A DNA stretch of 64,000 bases from positions 24,182,001 through 24,246,000 of the forward strand of contig NC_058369.1 of NCBI RefSeq assembly GCF_018350175.1, in the 5' to 3' direction. A program made the position numbers and the translations under genes. The notes under the pieces were generated by a model. It was not told where the DNA came from. It made no database searches and saw only the letters and a program-made list of their open reading frames with translations. Of the stretch, positions 1 through 13,480 are shown piece by piece. Position 1 is the first letter of the stretch. Each line of letters begins with the position of its first letter. Source of the DNA: Felis catus (Eukaryota).

Positions 1-184
1 CCTCCTTATTGCCCAATAGGTTGTTTAATGTTTTATTGGAAACTTTCGTTTATTGTTGTATGCTCTATATCTGTATTACTCATCAGTATAAAATAGTTGC
101 AAAGGATCTGTTGGACGATACTCCCAATGGTCACTGTCTTCTATGGTTAAAAGCTCATTATCAGTCTCTCTGGGAGAAAGCTCT

Positions 185-385
185 AGTAACTGAACCCTAC
201 ATAGATCAGGTACTGTGCAAGGCCCTTTCATAAAGTGTATCTTATTCAACCCACCCAGGGAGGTAGAGACTGTAATTCCCACTTATGGATGAAAAAAAGT
301 GAGAGTCAGAGAGGTTCCCAGCCTTACTCCTAAGCTAATAGTAATAAGGGTCGGTATTTGAAAACTGGACAGTTCAGCTTCATGG
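185..385 (-). mobile_element. MIR SINE fragment
   Basis: Degenerate MIR core (CCCACTTATGGATGAAAAAAAGTGAGAGTCAGAGAGGTT); approximate ends. Confidence 0.65.
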
Positions 386-1039
386 CTCTTTCTCTCTCCC
401 TTCCTGCTCTCTTTGCCAAATTCTCCAAAACATGATTTAAGAAGTTAAATCAAGAACACTCTCTATTCCTATAGATTGTGGGTATTTTCTCCAAGGGGCA
501 ATAATTCAAGGTATTCAAGGTATTTTCAGACAAAAAAGGAAAAGGACTCAGGACAAATGCACTAAACTGTCTTCTGTCCTTAATGGATCAAGCTGCGCTA
601 GCTAGGGTGCTGGTCTCTTCACTTGTATCATGAGAAGCCAGTGGGATCAGAATGCAGGGCTGTGCAACAGAGACAACCAGTGGTCAATTCCATTGCACAT
701 GTGCTTCAGAGAACCCACAGTGCTTTTTAAAAGTGAACTAAACCCATAGATTCCACATAAAATTTCTATTTTATGGCAATCATAGGGTCTCTCAACCCTA
801 GACCTACCTTTGTGGCAGCATTCAGCCAAAGCTTAGTGGTCTCAATTCCTTTTGATGAGCCATGGGCTCTTGAGTTCTTCACAGTCCCTACTACTCTCTA
901 TCATATCCATATACTAGGATGTAATTTTCATTATGTCTATGTCATTGTTTTTTCTTATGTGGGGAAATATTTCTACAAATCCTATCTCTTTTGACAGATT
1001 GAACAACTGGCCTCAAGCCCTTACCCTTCCTTTTATCTG

Positions 1040-1462
1040 CCCCTGTAAAATGTTCTCTTCACGGGGAGAGTACTTCCCCAATCCTTGCTTATTTGCTCAG
1101 CCATGTGCCTTGTTTTGGCCAGTGGGGTGGGGTGAAAAAATGTCAGTTTAAGTCTAGGCTTTATGAAACCTTGTATGTTTTTGCTTACTCTCTGTGCCTC
1201 TGCTACTATCATCAGAAGAGTTTCTCCTAAGTCACTGACACCCCTTCAGCCTGAGTCTCAGAATAAAAACATGTGGAATGGAACTGCTCCAGCCACCCAC
1301 AGACCTGCAGTGAGAAAAAGGTATGCCCACCCAAGTCTACTCTGGAGAAGCTGAGCCACTTAGCCTGAAAAATCTGTGAGAATAACTATTGATGCTTTAA
1401 AGTCACAGGGTTTTGGGATGATTTGCTACACAGCATTATTATGGCAGTTGCTAACTGATACA
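1040..1462 (+). mobile_element. MaLR solo LTR (MLT1-like)
   Basis: Typical MLT1 3' end TTTGCTACACAGCATTATTATGGCAGTTGCTAACTGATACA; 5' boundary uncertain (may start near 811). Confidence 0.7.
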
Positions 1463-2544
1463 TCTCCACCAAAGAGGAAAATTAAAAGGCTGAAAGAATG
1501 AGACATAATAATTTTTTCTTACATGCAAACCTGTTTCTTATTTATGCTAATAACCTAGACCCTGAAGGCATCTGAGTATGCAACTCCTGCCATAAAACTA
1601 TAAACCTAAGAACTAAAGAAGGTTGGGTTTGTGAAATGTTTCTTAGCATGACTGTATATCTAGATTGGACTAAAACGGCCCAGTTTTTGCCTGTTGCTAT
1701 TATGTCCTGGTTTGAACATATTCGACTTTGTCTCCAATTTTAATAACAGGCTGAATCTCTTCAATCTCTCCTTTGGAATCTGATCCAACAGCTATTATTG
1801 TTGCAGAAAACACTCTACCTGATATTTCTCTGGATATGATACCTATTTGGTTGGCTGATTCAAGAAGTCAGCACGTCCAACCATTACAAAAAAACGAGTG
1901 TAGAAAAAATCAAATTTAGTAGGTGTCAATCCCATAACTACCAACCAATCCACCACCCATGTAACCAACCAAACAAGATTCTAGTTGACAGACACTTATT
2001 AAAAGGATTAAGAAGCTAACTCATAAACAGGAAATACTTAAAACAACAGTAACATTAAAAAATCAAATGTCCCAAGAAAGGAAAGTTCTGTCCTCAAAAG
2101 GCAGTAATTATTGCATCTGAGTATATCTGCTTAACAATCCAAGAAAGTGGGAGTTTCACTCTCTATTAACCTTAATCAGAGACATTTTCATCAAAATTAA
2201 TCGTGATTACTTTTTATTGCATTTCAAATGCTATCCTTTATTTGGGGTGGTCAGGAATGCAACTAAGTAATTCCAGACCATACTATCTTTTATGAATAGG
2301 TCTATGAGGTAGTTATCAAGGCCCCTTATAAAAATATTGCTATGCAAAAGTTCATGAGTCAAAACAAGACATTAATTTCCATAACTAGATGTGTCCTCAG
2401 AAAAGAAACGACTATAAATAGAAATGACAGCAACTTTGATGCTCAACACGTAACAGAGTAGAACTGTATAAATACCCACATATATCATAGACAATTTCAC
2501 AAAATGTTCCTTTTACCTTTTCTTCGTTCTCATAATAACAGTTA

Positions 2545-2770
2545 ATCATTAACACTTACTATGAGCATAGATTCTGCCAAATACAATTCTAAATTCTCTA
2601 TATGCATTGACTCTAATCCTCAGAGCAACTCAGGAGTAGATGTAATTGTGATTAGTCCCATTTTACAGATGAGGAGACTGAAGCCAAGGGAGAGTAAGTC
2701 ATCTGCCCAAGCACATTCAGCTAGTAAATTCTGAAGCTTGGAATAAATCCTGGGTATTCAAGCTCCAAAA
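2545..2770 (-). mobile_element. MIR SINE
   Basis: CCCATTTTACAGATGAGGAGACTGAAGCC...AAGTCATCTGCCCAAG core. Confidence 0.85.
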
Positions 2771-3039
2771 TCAGTTAAAGAAAGATAGTAATATTTACAT
2801 CACTGAAAACGACACTCAATTCGTCTGCTATGTTCTGTGCCCTGACTGTACCTGGCTCTACTCAGACTCTATACCTTTGCTGATGGTTCTCTTGCCTGGA
2901 GCGCTGTCCCTACTGCTGCATCCCTCCCATGTCAGACTCATTCAGCTCTAATCCCAACTGCTCCAGGAAGACTCTCCACCACTCAACAGTTTTCTTGTCC
3001 TCTTACAACTCTTCTCCAGAACTCTCACCATCTAAAGAT

Positions 3040-3180
3040 GGTCAGATTAAGTTTGAGTCCTGGTTCTGCCACTTACTAGCCAAGTAATCTTGGGCAAGTT
3101 ATGTAACCTCTCAGCCTCCTTCTTCTCAAACATCAAATGGGATAACAGTTAAACCACCATGTAGATGGTTGTAGTGCACT
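3040..3180 (+). mobile_element. MIR SINE 5' part (resumes at about 3665-3750 after an LTR insertion)
   Basis: TTTGAGTCCTGGTTCTGCCACTTACTAGCCAAGTAATCTTGGGCAAGTTATGTAACCTCTC core. Confidence 0.8.
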
Positions 3181-3662
3181 CTATAGTTTTACTGTCCAGC
3201 ATAACTTCTACCAACACACTCCTTTCTTTTTTGTGGGAAGTCACCTATTCCCACTCTCAGCCCATATGACTGGGGTGTGGCTAACCCCTATCCTCTAAGC
3301 TCCAGGTGGTCACATCCTGGCCTTGACAATATATGCATTCTTTCATTCTTTGAACTTTTGCTAGAACCACTAAGAAATAACTTTTCTCCTCCCCCAAGGT
3401 GACTGCGCTCACAATGGAGGCTGGCTGCTGATGGCCATGGTTGGCATCACTGTGGACAACTTTCCTAAGAATCAAAGCAACAAAGAGCAACTATGAGTAG
3501 GGTAGAGATGGATTCCTAATGCCACTGTTGGAATATCTGAATGAAGTCAAGCCTGAAGTCCACCCTTCAGTTAACTGTCCTTTTCAGTTAACTGATGCCC
3601 TTTTTTGCTTAGTTAAGACTGAGTTGTGTTCCTGTCACTTGCAACTAAGAGTCCCAACTAAC
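3181..3662 (+). mobile_element. MaLR solo LTR (old MLT1-like) nested in a MIR
   Basis: 3' end GAGTTGTGTTCCTGTCACTTGCAACTAAGAGTCCCAACTAAC resembles old MLT1 LTRs; MIR halves on both sides. Confidence 0.7.
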
Positions 3663-5113
3663 CCAGTTCATATAAGAATTAAATAGGTGCTATAAAGTAC
3701 ACAGCACAGTACCTAGTATACTGAAAAATTCTATAAATGATAGCTACTACTGTTATGGTTCCTCTACATTAGTTTCTTGAAAGCAGGGAGACCCGGAGTC
3801 AGGTATACCTCCACTCTTTTACTAGCATGTCGCTTGATAACTTTTCTGAGATTCCAATTTTACCATATGTAAAATCACTAACACTGTGGTGAAGAAAAAA
3901 TGAGACTGTATGCCTGGCAATAAAATGTTCTACAAATTTTAGTTCTCATCATCTCAGTCTATAGGCTCCAATTTAATATCTCATATGACTGGGGGGGAAA
4001 CTAAGGTCCAAAATCCTGGGACAAGAACACGGAGGAAGTTGTGGATTCAAATAAGCTAATGGTCCATGTGAAGGTGGTCCCACGCCTGAATAAAGGACCT
4101 GATGTTACTACTGTGCAAACCAAATCAGGTATCCAAACAAAGGGGCTTGACTGAAACCATTAAGGCAGCTCTAGGATACAGAGGAAAAAGAAACTAATAT
4201 TGACTAAGTAATCTCCATGTGCCATGCTCTGTGCAAGACATTTCCTTGTATTTCCTACCCTAGAATAATTACTTATTTCTCTTTTGGTCAATTAAAAAGA
4301 TGAACTGTGAGTACATATTGAAACTATCTAACTTCTTCTATCTCCAAGGAGGAAACCTGATATATAACTACAGAAAGACACTAATTAATAAGCAAAATGT
4401 AACATGAACTCTGGCCAAGTTGAACTTAAACTACTCTGTTTAAAGCACATTGGAATAAATAAAGGAACTTCAAAGCAAATGCCCTGTTTTAGCCTGAATG
4501 TTTTATTGAGCACATGGGGAGAGCTCCTTTGCCAAAAATAGGGATGGTTAATGAGGAAAAATTGGTGTTTTCAGTCAGCCAGTTGGTTTCTCAGATAGGG
4601 CTGTCCGTTCAGAGATAACTATATTCCACAGAGAAGACAGAATAATGATCTGCCTCAGAGCCTCAGAGTTTTGAACAAAACAAAACCAGTTTTGTAAACT
4701 ATCTGAAAGCATCCTTTTTCAAATACCTTCTGTGATAACACGCATACATTACCCTTCTACAAACGCCAAAGCCACTTAAATATAATTCTAAAAGGAGGAC
4801 GCTTCTATGTTTTAAGCTTCTTGCCAACTTTATAAATGCAGCCCTTACTTTTTAAGGTGAGGTATAGGAACCAAGAGACTCTGTGCAGTATTAGATTTTA
4901 TAGCATAATCAGCTCTTCTTGGGCACCATTCTGAAAATGATACTCCATAATTGTAAAGACATATTGGGTTCTCTGGGAGTACATGGTTAGTGCTGGACTC
5001 AGAGCTAAGGCAGGGCCCCCATTTCTGTGCATATTTTTCCACAGCAAAGGATGCATGTCAGAGGAAGTCAATCTCCAATTATTTAGGTATAAAGAGGAGG
5101 AGCCTGAGCTCAC

Positions 5114-5249
5114 CTGCAAGTGCTGTGAGTTATCAGCCATGCTATCTTCTCGCCTGCGGACTTCTTCCAGTAACTGGGCATTCTTCTTCTTTTCCAACTG
5201 TTGGTTGTGCTTGAGGTTGGCCACCTTTTTATTCTGATCCTTCATGTGC
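5114..5249 (-). CDS. ERC2: ERC2 coding exon, 136 nt, phase 2-0: (R)HMKDQNKKVANLKHNQQLEKKKNAQLLEEVRRREDSMADNSQHLQ
   Basis: Acceptor CTGCTGACTTTTCTCAG|G, donor CAG|GTGAGC; 1 nt plus 45 codons; phase fits the upstream exon; inside ORF 4898..5341. Confidence 0.96.
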
Positions 5250-5379
5250 CTGAGAAAAGTCAGCAGAGTGTGGTTAAATTCAACCACTGGATGATCATAT
5301 GTTATCACAACATGAGTACTAAGGATAGAATATATTGACATGGATTCGGGAAAAGGTAGAACTTCAGATTATTCCGAAA

Positions 5380-5930
5380 TTCATTTAAGCACAAGTACTT
5401 ATTGATCACCCACTTAATGCCAAGTGCCAGGATGGCACTGGGGCTGCTGTAGTGAATGAGGTATGTATAGTCTTCACCCAACTCATGGAGCTTTAAGTCT
5501 AGTGGGAGAGGCAGACCAGTACCAAGGAGACACAACTTAGGTTTCCTAAGCAGGGGGGTGGAGGGGGGTGATAAATCACATGCTGTGAGATGATGACGTG
5601 CATTGCATGTGTGGACAGGCATTGAGTGAGGGGGATGACTTTAGGCACTGTGGCCAGGAAACCTCCCTAAGGTGGCAAAATATTGGGTAAGACTCCAAGG
5701 AGCCAGCCAAGAAGTCACCAGTAGAGATGCTCCCCAAATGCAGGGAACAGCAAGTGCAATTCCCAAGGCAAGAAAGGACCAACTACTTCTAAGGACTGGA
5801 AGGCTGCAGTGAGGCTAGCCCAGGGCAAGGGTCTGGAAGAGGGGTAGAACCTAGGACTGCAAAGGTAGGCAGGACTCAGGGAATAAAGGGCCCCTGGTCT
5901 ATGACGGAGAATTTATTTTCTTCTAAGTGG
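5380..5930 (-). mobile_element. L2 LINE 3' fragment
   Basis: TTCATTTAAGCACAAGTACTTATTGA...GGCACTGGGGCTGCTGTAGTGAA...CTCATGGAGCTTTAAGTCTAGTGGG matches the reverse L2 3' end. Confidence 0.75.
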
Positions 5931-7399
5931 TTGCTCTTCTAATTATTATTATTCTTTTGGATCATGTTCCTATTCTGAGATCATAATCCATTACTTTGAT
6001 TTTAAAATAACAATTACAAGGTTCCAATCAAATACATTGTCATCACTTAGCTCAAACAGAATAACAATTTGGGTAATCATCATGTTAAGTAAAGCCCTGG
6101 TGTTCGGATTAAAAGTTCTTAATGAATCTACAGGATGTCAAAGTGCAAAACCATAAAGTAAGCAAGTGAGTAAAAGACTACAGACAAAGGATGGGTTAAA
6201 AAAAACTGGGGGGAGGAGTTATAGGCTTAATGTGGACTATTTCACCAGCAGCGTTTAGCAAAACATTCCACAGATTTAGGCAACCATGTCCATGGCAGCT
6301 GGTATAAATCTAATCCCACACGTGAGGAGGCAGGAGGGCAGTACAGAGGGCTCAGGAGCACTGATTCCAAAAGAGGAGGGTTGCAGAGCAGAATCTTTTG
6401 GGATCATTCCTGACCCCAATTTCTCCTCCCCAGTATTGCTAAGTCAGCTGCTGTCAATGAGCCTGATTCCCAGAGCAAGCAAGAGAGAATCACTGCTATG
6501 ATGGAAATGTGCACAAGATGAGAATAGATGATACACAGCAAACATGTCAAATTGAAACAATTACTAATCAAATGGAAGACACTCTCAATAAGAAACTTTT
6601 ATTTCTAGTCTGCATAAAATTATATACTCGGCTACTCCCTTCCACTCCAAGAAAATGAAATTCAAGAGAAGTGTTTATTAAGCTGAATGATCTTCTATCA
6701 GGAATTCCTACTAATGAAAATATTCTGAACACTGGTCTTTAAGAATATTTACAGTACCAGCTGAAGCAGTGATTTTAGTATTCCTAGTGACACTTATTAA
6801 GAGGATTATGGTGAGAGAGAACAGCCATCTACTTGGTCAACACTGGGATTAGATAATTTTTCTCTGACATTTCCTTATTTGTATCCTATACAAATAGGTA
6901 AGGTACACATCTGAAACTACCAACTCAAGTCTACACGCTAATCTTCTTTTAGGAAATTATCTTTTGGTTACTATAAAGATGTTGAAAGCAACCTCTTGCT
7001 TCCTAATTGAACAAGGATATAGTATTTCAAAACTCATACCAATCTGGGGCAAGCACACTTTCCAGTTCAGGAAATAAGGTCAGTGCCCAGTAATAGGATG
7101 TGATAGGTCAGTGTTATTAGAGAGATTGTTTAAGTAGAGGACATTTTTATAAAGAAATACTTTTTATATCTTTAAAGCACACATTTAACTAGAACCAACT
7201 GCTAAATGTTTTTTACAAGTACCACTGATAAAGAAAATAGACTATTATCATGAACATCATTTGCATAATGAACTCCCACAAAATTCTCAGGGCAGTGTGA
7301 ACATAGACAGACCTACTTTCAGGAATAATTCATTTTTTTTCAATCCAAAAATAAAAAACAAACAAACTTCCAAATCCATGCATCCCTTAAAGCTTTCCT

Positions 7400-7615
7400 T
7401 TTTTTTCTAAATTTTTAAGTTTTTATTTATTTTTGAGAGAGAGACAGAGCAGAAGTAAGGGAGGGCAGAGAGAAAGAGACACCCAGAATTCAAAGTAGGC
7501 TTCAGGCTCTGAGCTATCCGCATAGACCCTGATGTGGGGTTTGAACTCATGAACCATGAGATCATGACCTGAGTCAAAGTTGGACACCTAACCAACTGAA
7601 CCACTCAGGCACCCC
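7400..7615 (-). mobile_element. Can-SINE (SINEC_Fc-like)
   Basis: tRNA-derived head, (CT)n and A-rich tail on the minus strand; TSD TAAAGCTTTCCT at 7388-7399 and 7616-7627. Confidence 0.95.
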
Positions 7616-8576
7616 TAAAGCTTTCCTGAAATACAAATAAGTGGCTAAGAAAAATGGAAGACTGAAGTCTGGAAATTCAAATGTTGTCTGACTTGGGACA
7701 TGAATGATTGGAAAAGAAAAGCTTGGTTGTGAATGGCACTACTCTGAATTTGGCTATTTGGATGCATGCACAGCAAGGTGATGAAAACTGTCATCTTATC
7801 TTTGTAGACATGAGCATCAATAGATATGTATAAAGTACACACACTCCCTTGAAGAAGTGCTATGGTTTTCAAATATATTTCTAGCAGCAGAACTCTTTCT
7901 TCTAATAAAAGCTTACTTAAAAGCCAAAAAGGAAAAGAAGGATTGCTCTGGTCGAGGTGGGAAAGAGATTAAGAGTGAGCAGAACCTCACCTACTAGACA
8001 GTCACTCTCTCAAGTATCCCTCAGAGAAGCCAAGGTTACCTGAAAGAACAGGTTGAAACAGCAATTTATGGGGTAGGAGGAAAGGGAGAGAATTCATGAA
8101 ATTTAAATATATGAGATCCCCCAATAAAGACAAAAGACCCCCACAGAAGCTCACTAGACACTTGCTGAAGGAACAACCAGTGTGATTTTTGCTAGTAATA
8201 ACTTCAGCATCTCCAAGAATAAAATCTGTAGGTGACTTATCAGTCCTGCATCTCCTCCCATCTGCAGAAGTAAACCCACATGCATAGATAAACAGGACTA
8301 AACTCCATACAGTTCTCAATTGTACTAAACTAAGGAAGTTAGAACTCCTGGGGTGCAGAATGCAAAGCCCTCTAGCAATACTGTCTGAGAAGAAAGTGTC
8401 ATTGATACCCACTTCCCAAATTCTCACCCACGAGGCAAATCAGATTCTAAGCCTCTGCCAGAGACTGACCTGCTCCATGTTCAGAAATAAAGTTTGTTAG
8501 GGATAAGCTTTTTTTTCTCTAGGGAAACACCATTAAAAATATATCCAAGATGCAAATTTTTAAAAAAGCAGTTATG

Positions 8577-8798
8577 GGGGCACCTGGGTGGCTCAGTCAG
8601 TTAAGCGTCCGACTTCAGGTCAGGTCGTGATCTCACGGTTTGTGGGTTTGAGCTCCACGTCGGGCTCTGTGCTGACAGATTTTGTGCCTGCTTCGGATTC
8701 GGTGTCTCCTTCTCTCTCTGCCCCTCCCCTGCTCATGGTGTGTCTGTCTCTCTCTCTCTCTCTCAAAAAAAATAATAAACATTAAATAAAAAATTTTT
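8577..8798 (+). mobile_element. Can-SINE (SINEC_Fc-like)
   Basis: GGGGCACCTGGGTGGCTCAGTCAGTTAAGCGTCCGAC head; TSD AAAGCAGTTATG at 8565-8576 and 8799-8810. Confidence 0.95.
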
Positions 8799-9269
8799 AA
8801 AGCAGTTATGGGGGAGGGGTTAGGTTGGTTGGAGAGTACAGTGGTAGGGTCCGTTTAAATTGACTAGTGTCATTAAGCAAGTCATGTCACATCATTAAGG
8901 AATTTGGATTAAATAAAAAAATTCCAATAGGTATCAAGATCAACAATGGCTACTATATTAAGAATGAATATCATAGAGGACAGAATCCTGCTATTTTTCA
9001 CTAGAACAGTGGATCAAATTAAAATTAAAATTAAAATTAGAAAGTGTTCCCTAACTTATTGGTGAGAAAGTGTCAGGCTTTATGGCCTCTAGAATCACAT
9101 AGCTGGGAGGCAGTGTGGAGCAAGAGGTGCATATGCTACTCTAAGTTCATATGTATATTGTGTATAAAGGAGAAAAATCAAAACTACTTTTTTTTTAATC
9201 TCAGCAGAAACAAGATGCTGGTTTTTTTTGTTGTTGTTTTGTTTTTACCGACCTTCTCTCAAACATCTT

Positions 9270-9730
9270 AAAAGATTGATAATATCCATTGTTGGAGAGG
9301 ATACCAGAATCTAGCTCTCTCATATGATGTCAGGAGGAGTGTAACTTACAAAAATTGGTTATAAAATTATACACTAATTTGGCAGTATCCACCAAAGTGT
9401 CCATACCTTTTTCCCAAGAAAACCCAATTCAGGAAAGTAGCCTACAAAAATGTCTGCACATATGCATGAATATTTATGCACAAAATTTTCATTACAAAAT
9501 TTGACATTACACTGTCAAAGTAAAAATTTGAAAACTGCCAAATATCCATCAGAAGGAAATTGGCTGAAGAAATCAAGCACATTCATACTCTGGAACTCCA
9601 AGCTAGCTAAGAAGATTAAGGCAAAACTGAAGTATGGACACAGAAAAACCTTTAAGACATATTGTTAATCAAAAAAGAAAGCAGGTAGCAGAATAATACA
9701 TATAGTCTGATCTTATTTATGTTAAAATAT
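9270..9730 (+). mobile_element. Old L1 (L1M-like) 3' fragment
   Basis: Degenerate L1 ORF2-end/3'UTR motifs (GATAATATCCATTGTTGGAGAGGAT, AAATATCCATCAGAAGGAAATTGG). Confidence 0.65.
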
Positions 9731-9866
9731 AAAGGCTTATTTGAATGTTTATTTACACATATCCATGGAAATGGAAACTGCTACAAACCCCACACCAGTC
9801 TGTAAACATTGTATCACTGAGGAACAGAATGGATCAGGGAAGAAGGGGGGAGTTCCCATGTGTTAC

Positions 9867-9870
<4 letters not shown>

Positions 9871-9913
<43 letters not shown>
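9871..9913 (+). repeat. (TG)n microsatellite
   Basis: About 21 perfect TG units. Confidence 0.98.
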
Positions 9914-9915
<2 letters not shown>

Positions 9916-9959
9916 GCGAGGTATAAATACATATAAGAAAATGCACAGATATTAAGTAT

Positions 9960-10385
9960 AAAAATCGATGATTTTTGACCAATCAAAATATAGAGCATTG
10001 CCATCACCCAGCCTCATGTCCCTGACCCCTGAGAGGAAGTAGTCACTATCCCAGATTTCATCTGCATGGATTTGTTTTGTGTGTTCTTGAACTCATATAC
10101 ATGGAATCATACAGTACATGCCCTTTTGTGTCTGACTTCTCTGACTCAGCATAAGGTTTTTGAGGCTTATTCATATTGTGCCTAAGTTCCATCTTATAGC
10201 TGAAATCAAGTGGTATTCCATTATATGAAAATACTACAGTTTGATTAGCTATTCCCTTGTTAAATGGATATTTGGGCTATTTCCAATTTTTTGCTGTTGA
10301 GAATAAGGTTGCAATGAACATTCTTGTACCAATTTTTTGTGGACATATGGTTTCATTTCTCTTGGTTAAATAACTAGATGTAGGT
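9960..10385 (-). mobile_element. L1 (L1M-like) 3' fragment, reverse orientation
   Basis: ATGGAATCATACAGTACATGCCCTTTTGTGTCTGACTTCT...GTGGACATATGGTTTCATTTCTCTTGG. Confidence 0.85.
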
Positions 10386-10469
10386 ATAACTGGGAGTGTA
10401 AAATGGTGTAACCTCTATGGAAGACAATTCTGGGATATAAGAATCTTCCAGGAGCCACTGAAGGGCAGG

Positions 10470-10680
10470 AGCTAGTGGCATAAACTCTGGAGCTAGGTTG
10501 CCTGGGTTCTCATCAGAAGTCCACCACTCTCCAGCTGTGTGAGTATGAGCAAGTTTCTTAACCTCTCTGTACTTCAGCTTCTTTATATATAAAATGGAAA
10601 TAATTGTAGCTAACTCATAGGGTTACTGTGAAGAGCTAATAGGTTAGTACAGGTAAAATGCTTACAACAGATTCCAGCAT
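10470..10680 (+). mobile_element. MIR SINE
   Basis: GCTGTGTGAGTATGAGCAAGTTTCTTAACCTCTCTGTACTTCAGCTTCTTTATATATAAAATGG core. Confidence 0.8.
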
Positions 10681-12219
10681 GTTTCCTCTGCTTCATTCTT
10701 AGGTCATAATATAAATGTGATCATGTCTTGTGTAATGTCATGAATACATATCTAGTGTCTTACTTCCCACATTGGAATAGCAGCTATTTGAAATGCCTCA
10801 AACAGTGGACTTTGGAATGCATTATCAAACCCTCTGTGTCATTCATTTAGCTTTCAGTGTGCTTTACTTAATAATAAGATGAGATGCATTCCTGGAAGGC
10901 TAACCTAATGGAAGCATTGCAGGAAGGTCACGACAAGCATGGGTAAGTGAGCTGGGATCCTGAAGTGACTGCACAAGTAGATGGCCACACACACAATGGA
11001 AGCTAACAATGAGTATTGCATGCAGAATTTCTGATAATAATGGCTTTTACTGTAACCACTGAGATGATTCCACTTTTTTAAAGCTTGCAAATACCATTCA
11101 GTATTTCGGCATAGCTATACATTTTAGAAAGCTACATAACTATTCCAAAGATATTTTTATAGCACATACAAATGTGCTAAGTGTCATGAGCATGATAGTC
11201 CTTCCTGAAAGACAAAGTATCTGGCCAGCTGTGGCTACTTGAATCCAGCTCTCCTCCCAGCAAAGAGCAGCAAGTAGGGCCAAGGTCTTAGGACTTAGCT
11301 CCAATATGACTTAACTCCCCCTCTTCTAGAGCCCATATGCACTCTCCCCTCCCTCCACTGTTGACTTCCCCACCCACACTGGGAAAACCTACAAAGCAGG
11401 TCACACAGCAGGAGCTGGTCACCGTCAGCAAGAGAAGGATTTGTTTTTCTTGTAGATATTTCACTCTGGAGAAGTTCCGAAGGGCTGACTTCCTTCAACT
11501 GTTCTCCCTTATTCTGGCCCCGAAGAACCTCCTCCCTTCAGATATCAGTAGAGCACCACCCTAAGAATGGATGCAACTCAATGGCTGAGTACCTACACTG
11601 AAGACAGCAGATAGTAGGGGACTCTTATGGAAGACCCCAAGGAGAAAGCCAGGTGCTCTCTGATACCCCTTGTCCTCCTCCAGATGCATTTGGTAGGACT
11701 GGCATGTACCCACAGGACACTCAAAGGGAAAAGGCTGGCCTGTTTTTCATACTACTCAGGACTCAATGTTTAATCCTGGGGCATCTAAGAACAAGACACT
11801 GTTGCTGGTGAGCAAATCATACACGGTTACAAGGGTCACATGACCAAAAAGGCTGGCTCCCATTTACTATTCATCAAACAAATGTCTTGCTGCTTAGCTT
11901 CCCATGTAGGTGTCATGACCCAGAGAGCACAGACTGGTCATGTAGGTCTGAGAATGGTAGCCCTGGAGTGATTATTTTTCTCACTGTCAAGTGATAAATG
12001 TGTTGTGATGTTCTACATTACTCTCACTGTAGACTGGACTATATGCTCAGGCTTCTCAGCCCATGTGGTCCAAATTGGCATCACCAGGAGAAGCCAAAGC
12101 AAGGTTGACAGACCCACAAGCATCCCCTACTGCAGGACACCATGGCTCCACCTATCCCATGGTGCTTTGGCGCCCTGCAGGAATGCAGACAGGGAAACCC
12201 AGAGTATGCAGACCCTTTG

Positions 12220-13480
12220 CCTCCATCACTACTGTTACCACAACACCTCAAGTCACCATTATTTCCTGCCTAGACCATGATGCTCTTCTCTCCTCACTGG
12301 TCTCCCTGTTTCTGCTCTTGTGCCCCCTTTAAGCCATTCTCCAGCCAGCAGCGAGAATGAGTGTTTCAGAACAAGTCAGATGATGTCCTTGCTGATATAC
12401 AATCCTCCAACAGTTTCCCATTTCCCAGAGAATAGAAACACACATCTGTGGAACCGACCAGCCTCATCCCACATGATTTTCACCTTTACTCACGGAATCC
12501 AAAAGCCAGTCTTCTTTCAGTCCCTCTCACCACGGGGCACAGACATGTGCTGGTCTCTCTGTCTGGGGCTCCCCCACCTTTTCCTCTTACAGACATCACT
12601 CCTCCTCTGTGGCTGACTTTGATCCTTCAGATCTCAACTTCAATGTCTTCAGAGTCTTCACAGGGGCCTTTTCTGGGCATCAAATCCAACAATATCCCCT
12701 CCCTTCACCAAAACTGCTACAATCACACTCCATGCCCTTCCTCTAGTGCACCCCCCACAACTTGTAATGATACGTTTATTTGCATTTTTCACTGATTACT
12801 GACTGTTGCACCACCAGGCAGGCATTACTGTCAGAACAGGGCCAAATCTTGGGGTATTCACAACACTAAAGGAATAACTTCTAACCTCATCCTCTCTGGC
12901 CCAGGCTACCCTCACTTCCAAGTTGGGCAATGATGCCAGCTCCAATTGGTCCATCTAATTCATTCTCTATAGGAGAGGGGAAAGAGTATCTGATACACAA
13001 ACAGAATCACATTTCTCTGCTGCTTAAAACTTCTCATTGGATTTCCACTACCTGTGGAAAAGGTCATGCTTCTTCCCATGACTCCTACCAGGTCTATCTT
13101 CTGCCTCTCCAAGTCTTATCTCAACCTACTCCCTCCACTCAGCCACACTGGCCTTACATTTGCACCCTCAATACACAGAGCTGTAGGATCCTCAGGACCC
13201 CTGCACAGCACTTTCCTCTTCTAGAAAGTTCTTCACCTCATTCCCATCTCAGCCCTTATATCACAGGTAATTCATATGTACCCCTATTAGGAGGTCTTCT
13301 GGGAAGCCTTGGTCAGTCTTCCCATATTACAAATTCCCAAATTATGCTGTGCTTGTCTTGCTAAGAACTCAACACATTTCTGATCCTTTAACGTCTTCCT
13401 TGTTCTGCTATAAGCACCCTCTTTACAGTGATCACAACCATCTTATTCTCTTCTTAAAGAATCCAGCACAATGCCCACTC
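12220..13480 (+). mobile_element. Two adjacent degenerate L2 LINE fragments
   Basis: Pyrimidine-rich L2-like motifs (CTCCTCACTGGTCTCCCTG, CTCTGCTGCTTAAAACTTCTC, TCCAGCACAATGCC); approximate. Confidence 0.6.

Noticed and set aside
504..525. Short tandem duplications (also at 3567-3595, 20001-20020, 57409-57432, 61916-61952, 62312-62330)
   Set aside because: Ordinary replication-slippage duplications of 9-18 bp
4898..5341. 147-aa ORF as a standalone gene
   Set aside because: Only 5114-5249 is ERC2-like and bounded by splice sites; the rest is intron read-through
8588..8785. Family of similar short ORFs (MAQSVK...; also at 7407, 26833, 30218, 35484, 37155, 50838)
   Set aside because: All are chance translations of Can-SINE copies, not a gene family or tRNA genes
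8810..8832. G-rich run as a possible G-quadruplex
   Set aside because: Lacks four G3 tracts and partly derives from the SINE target site
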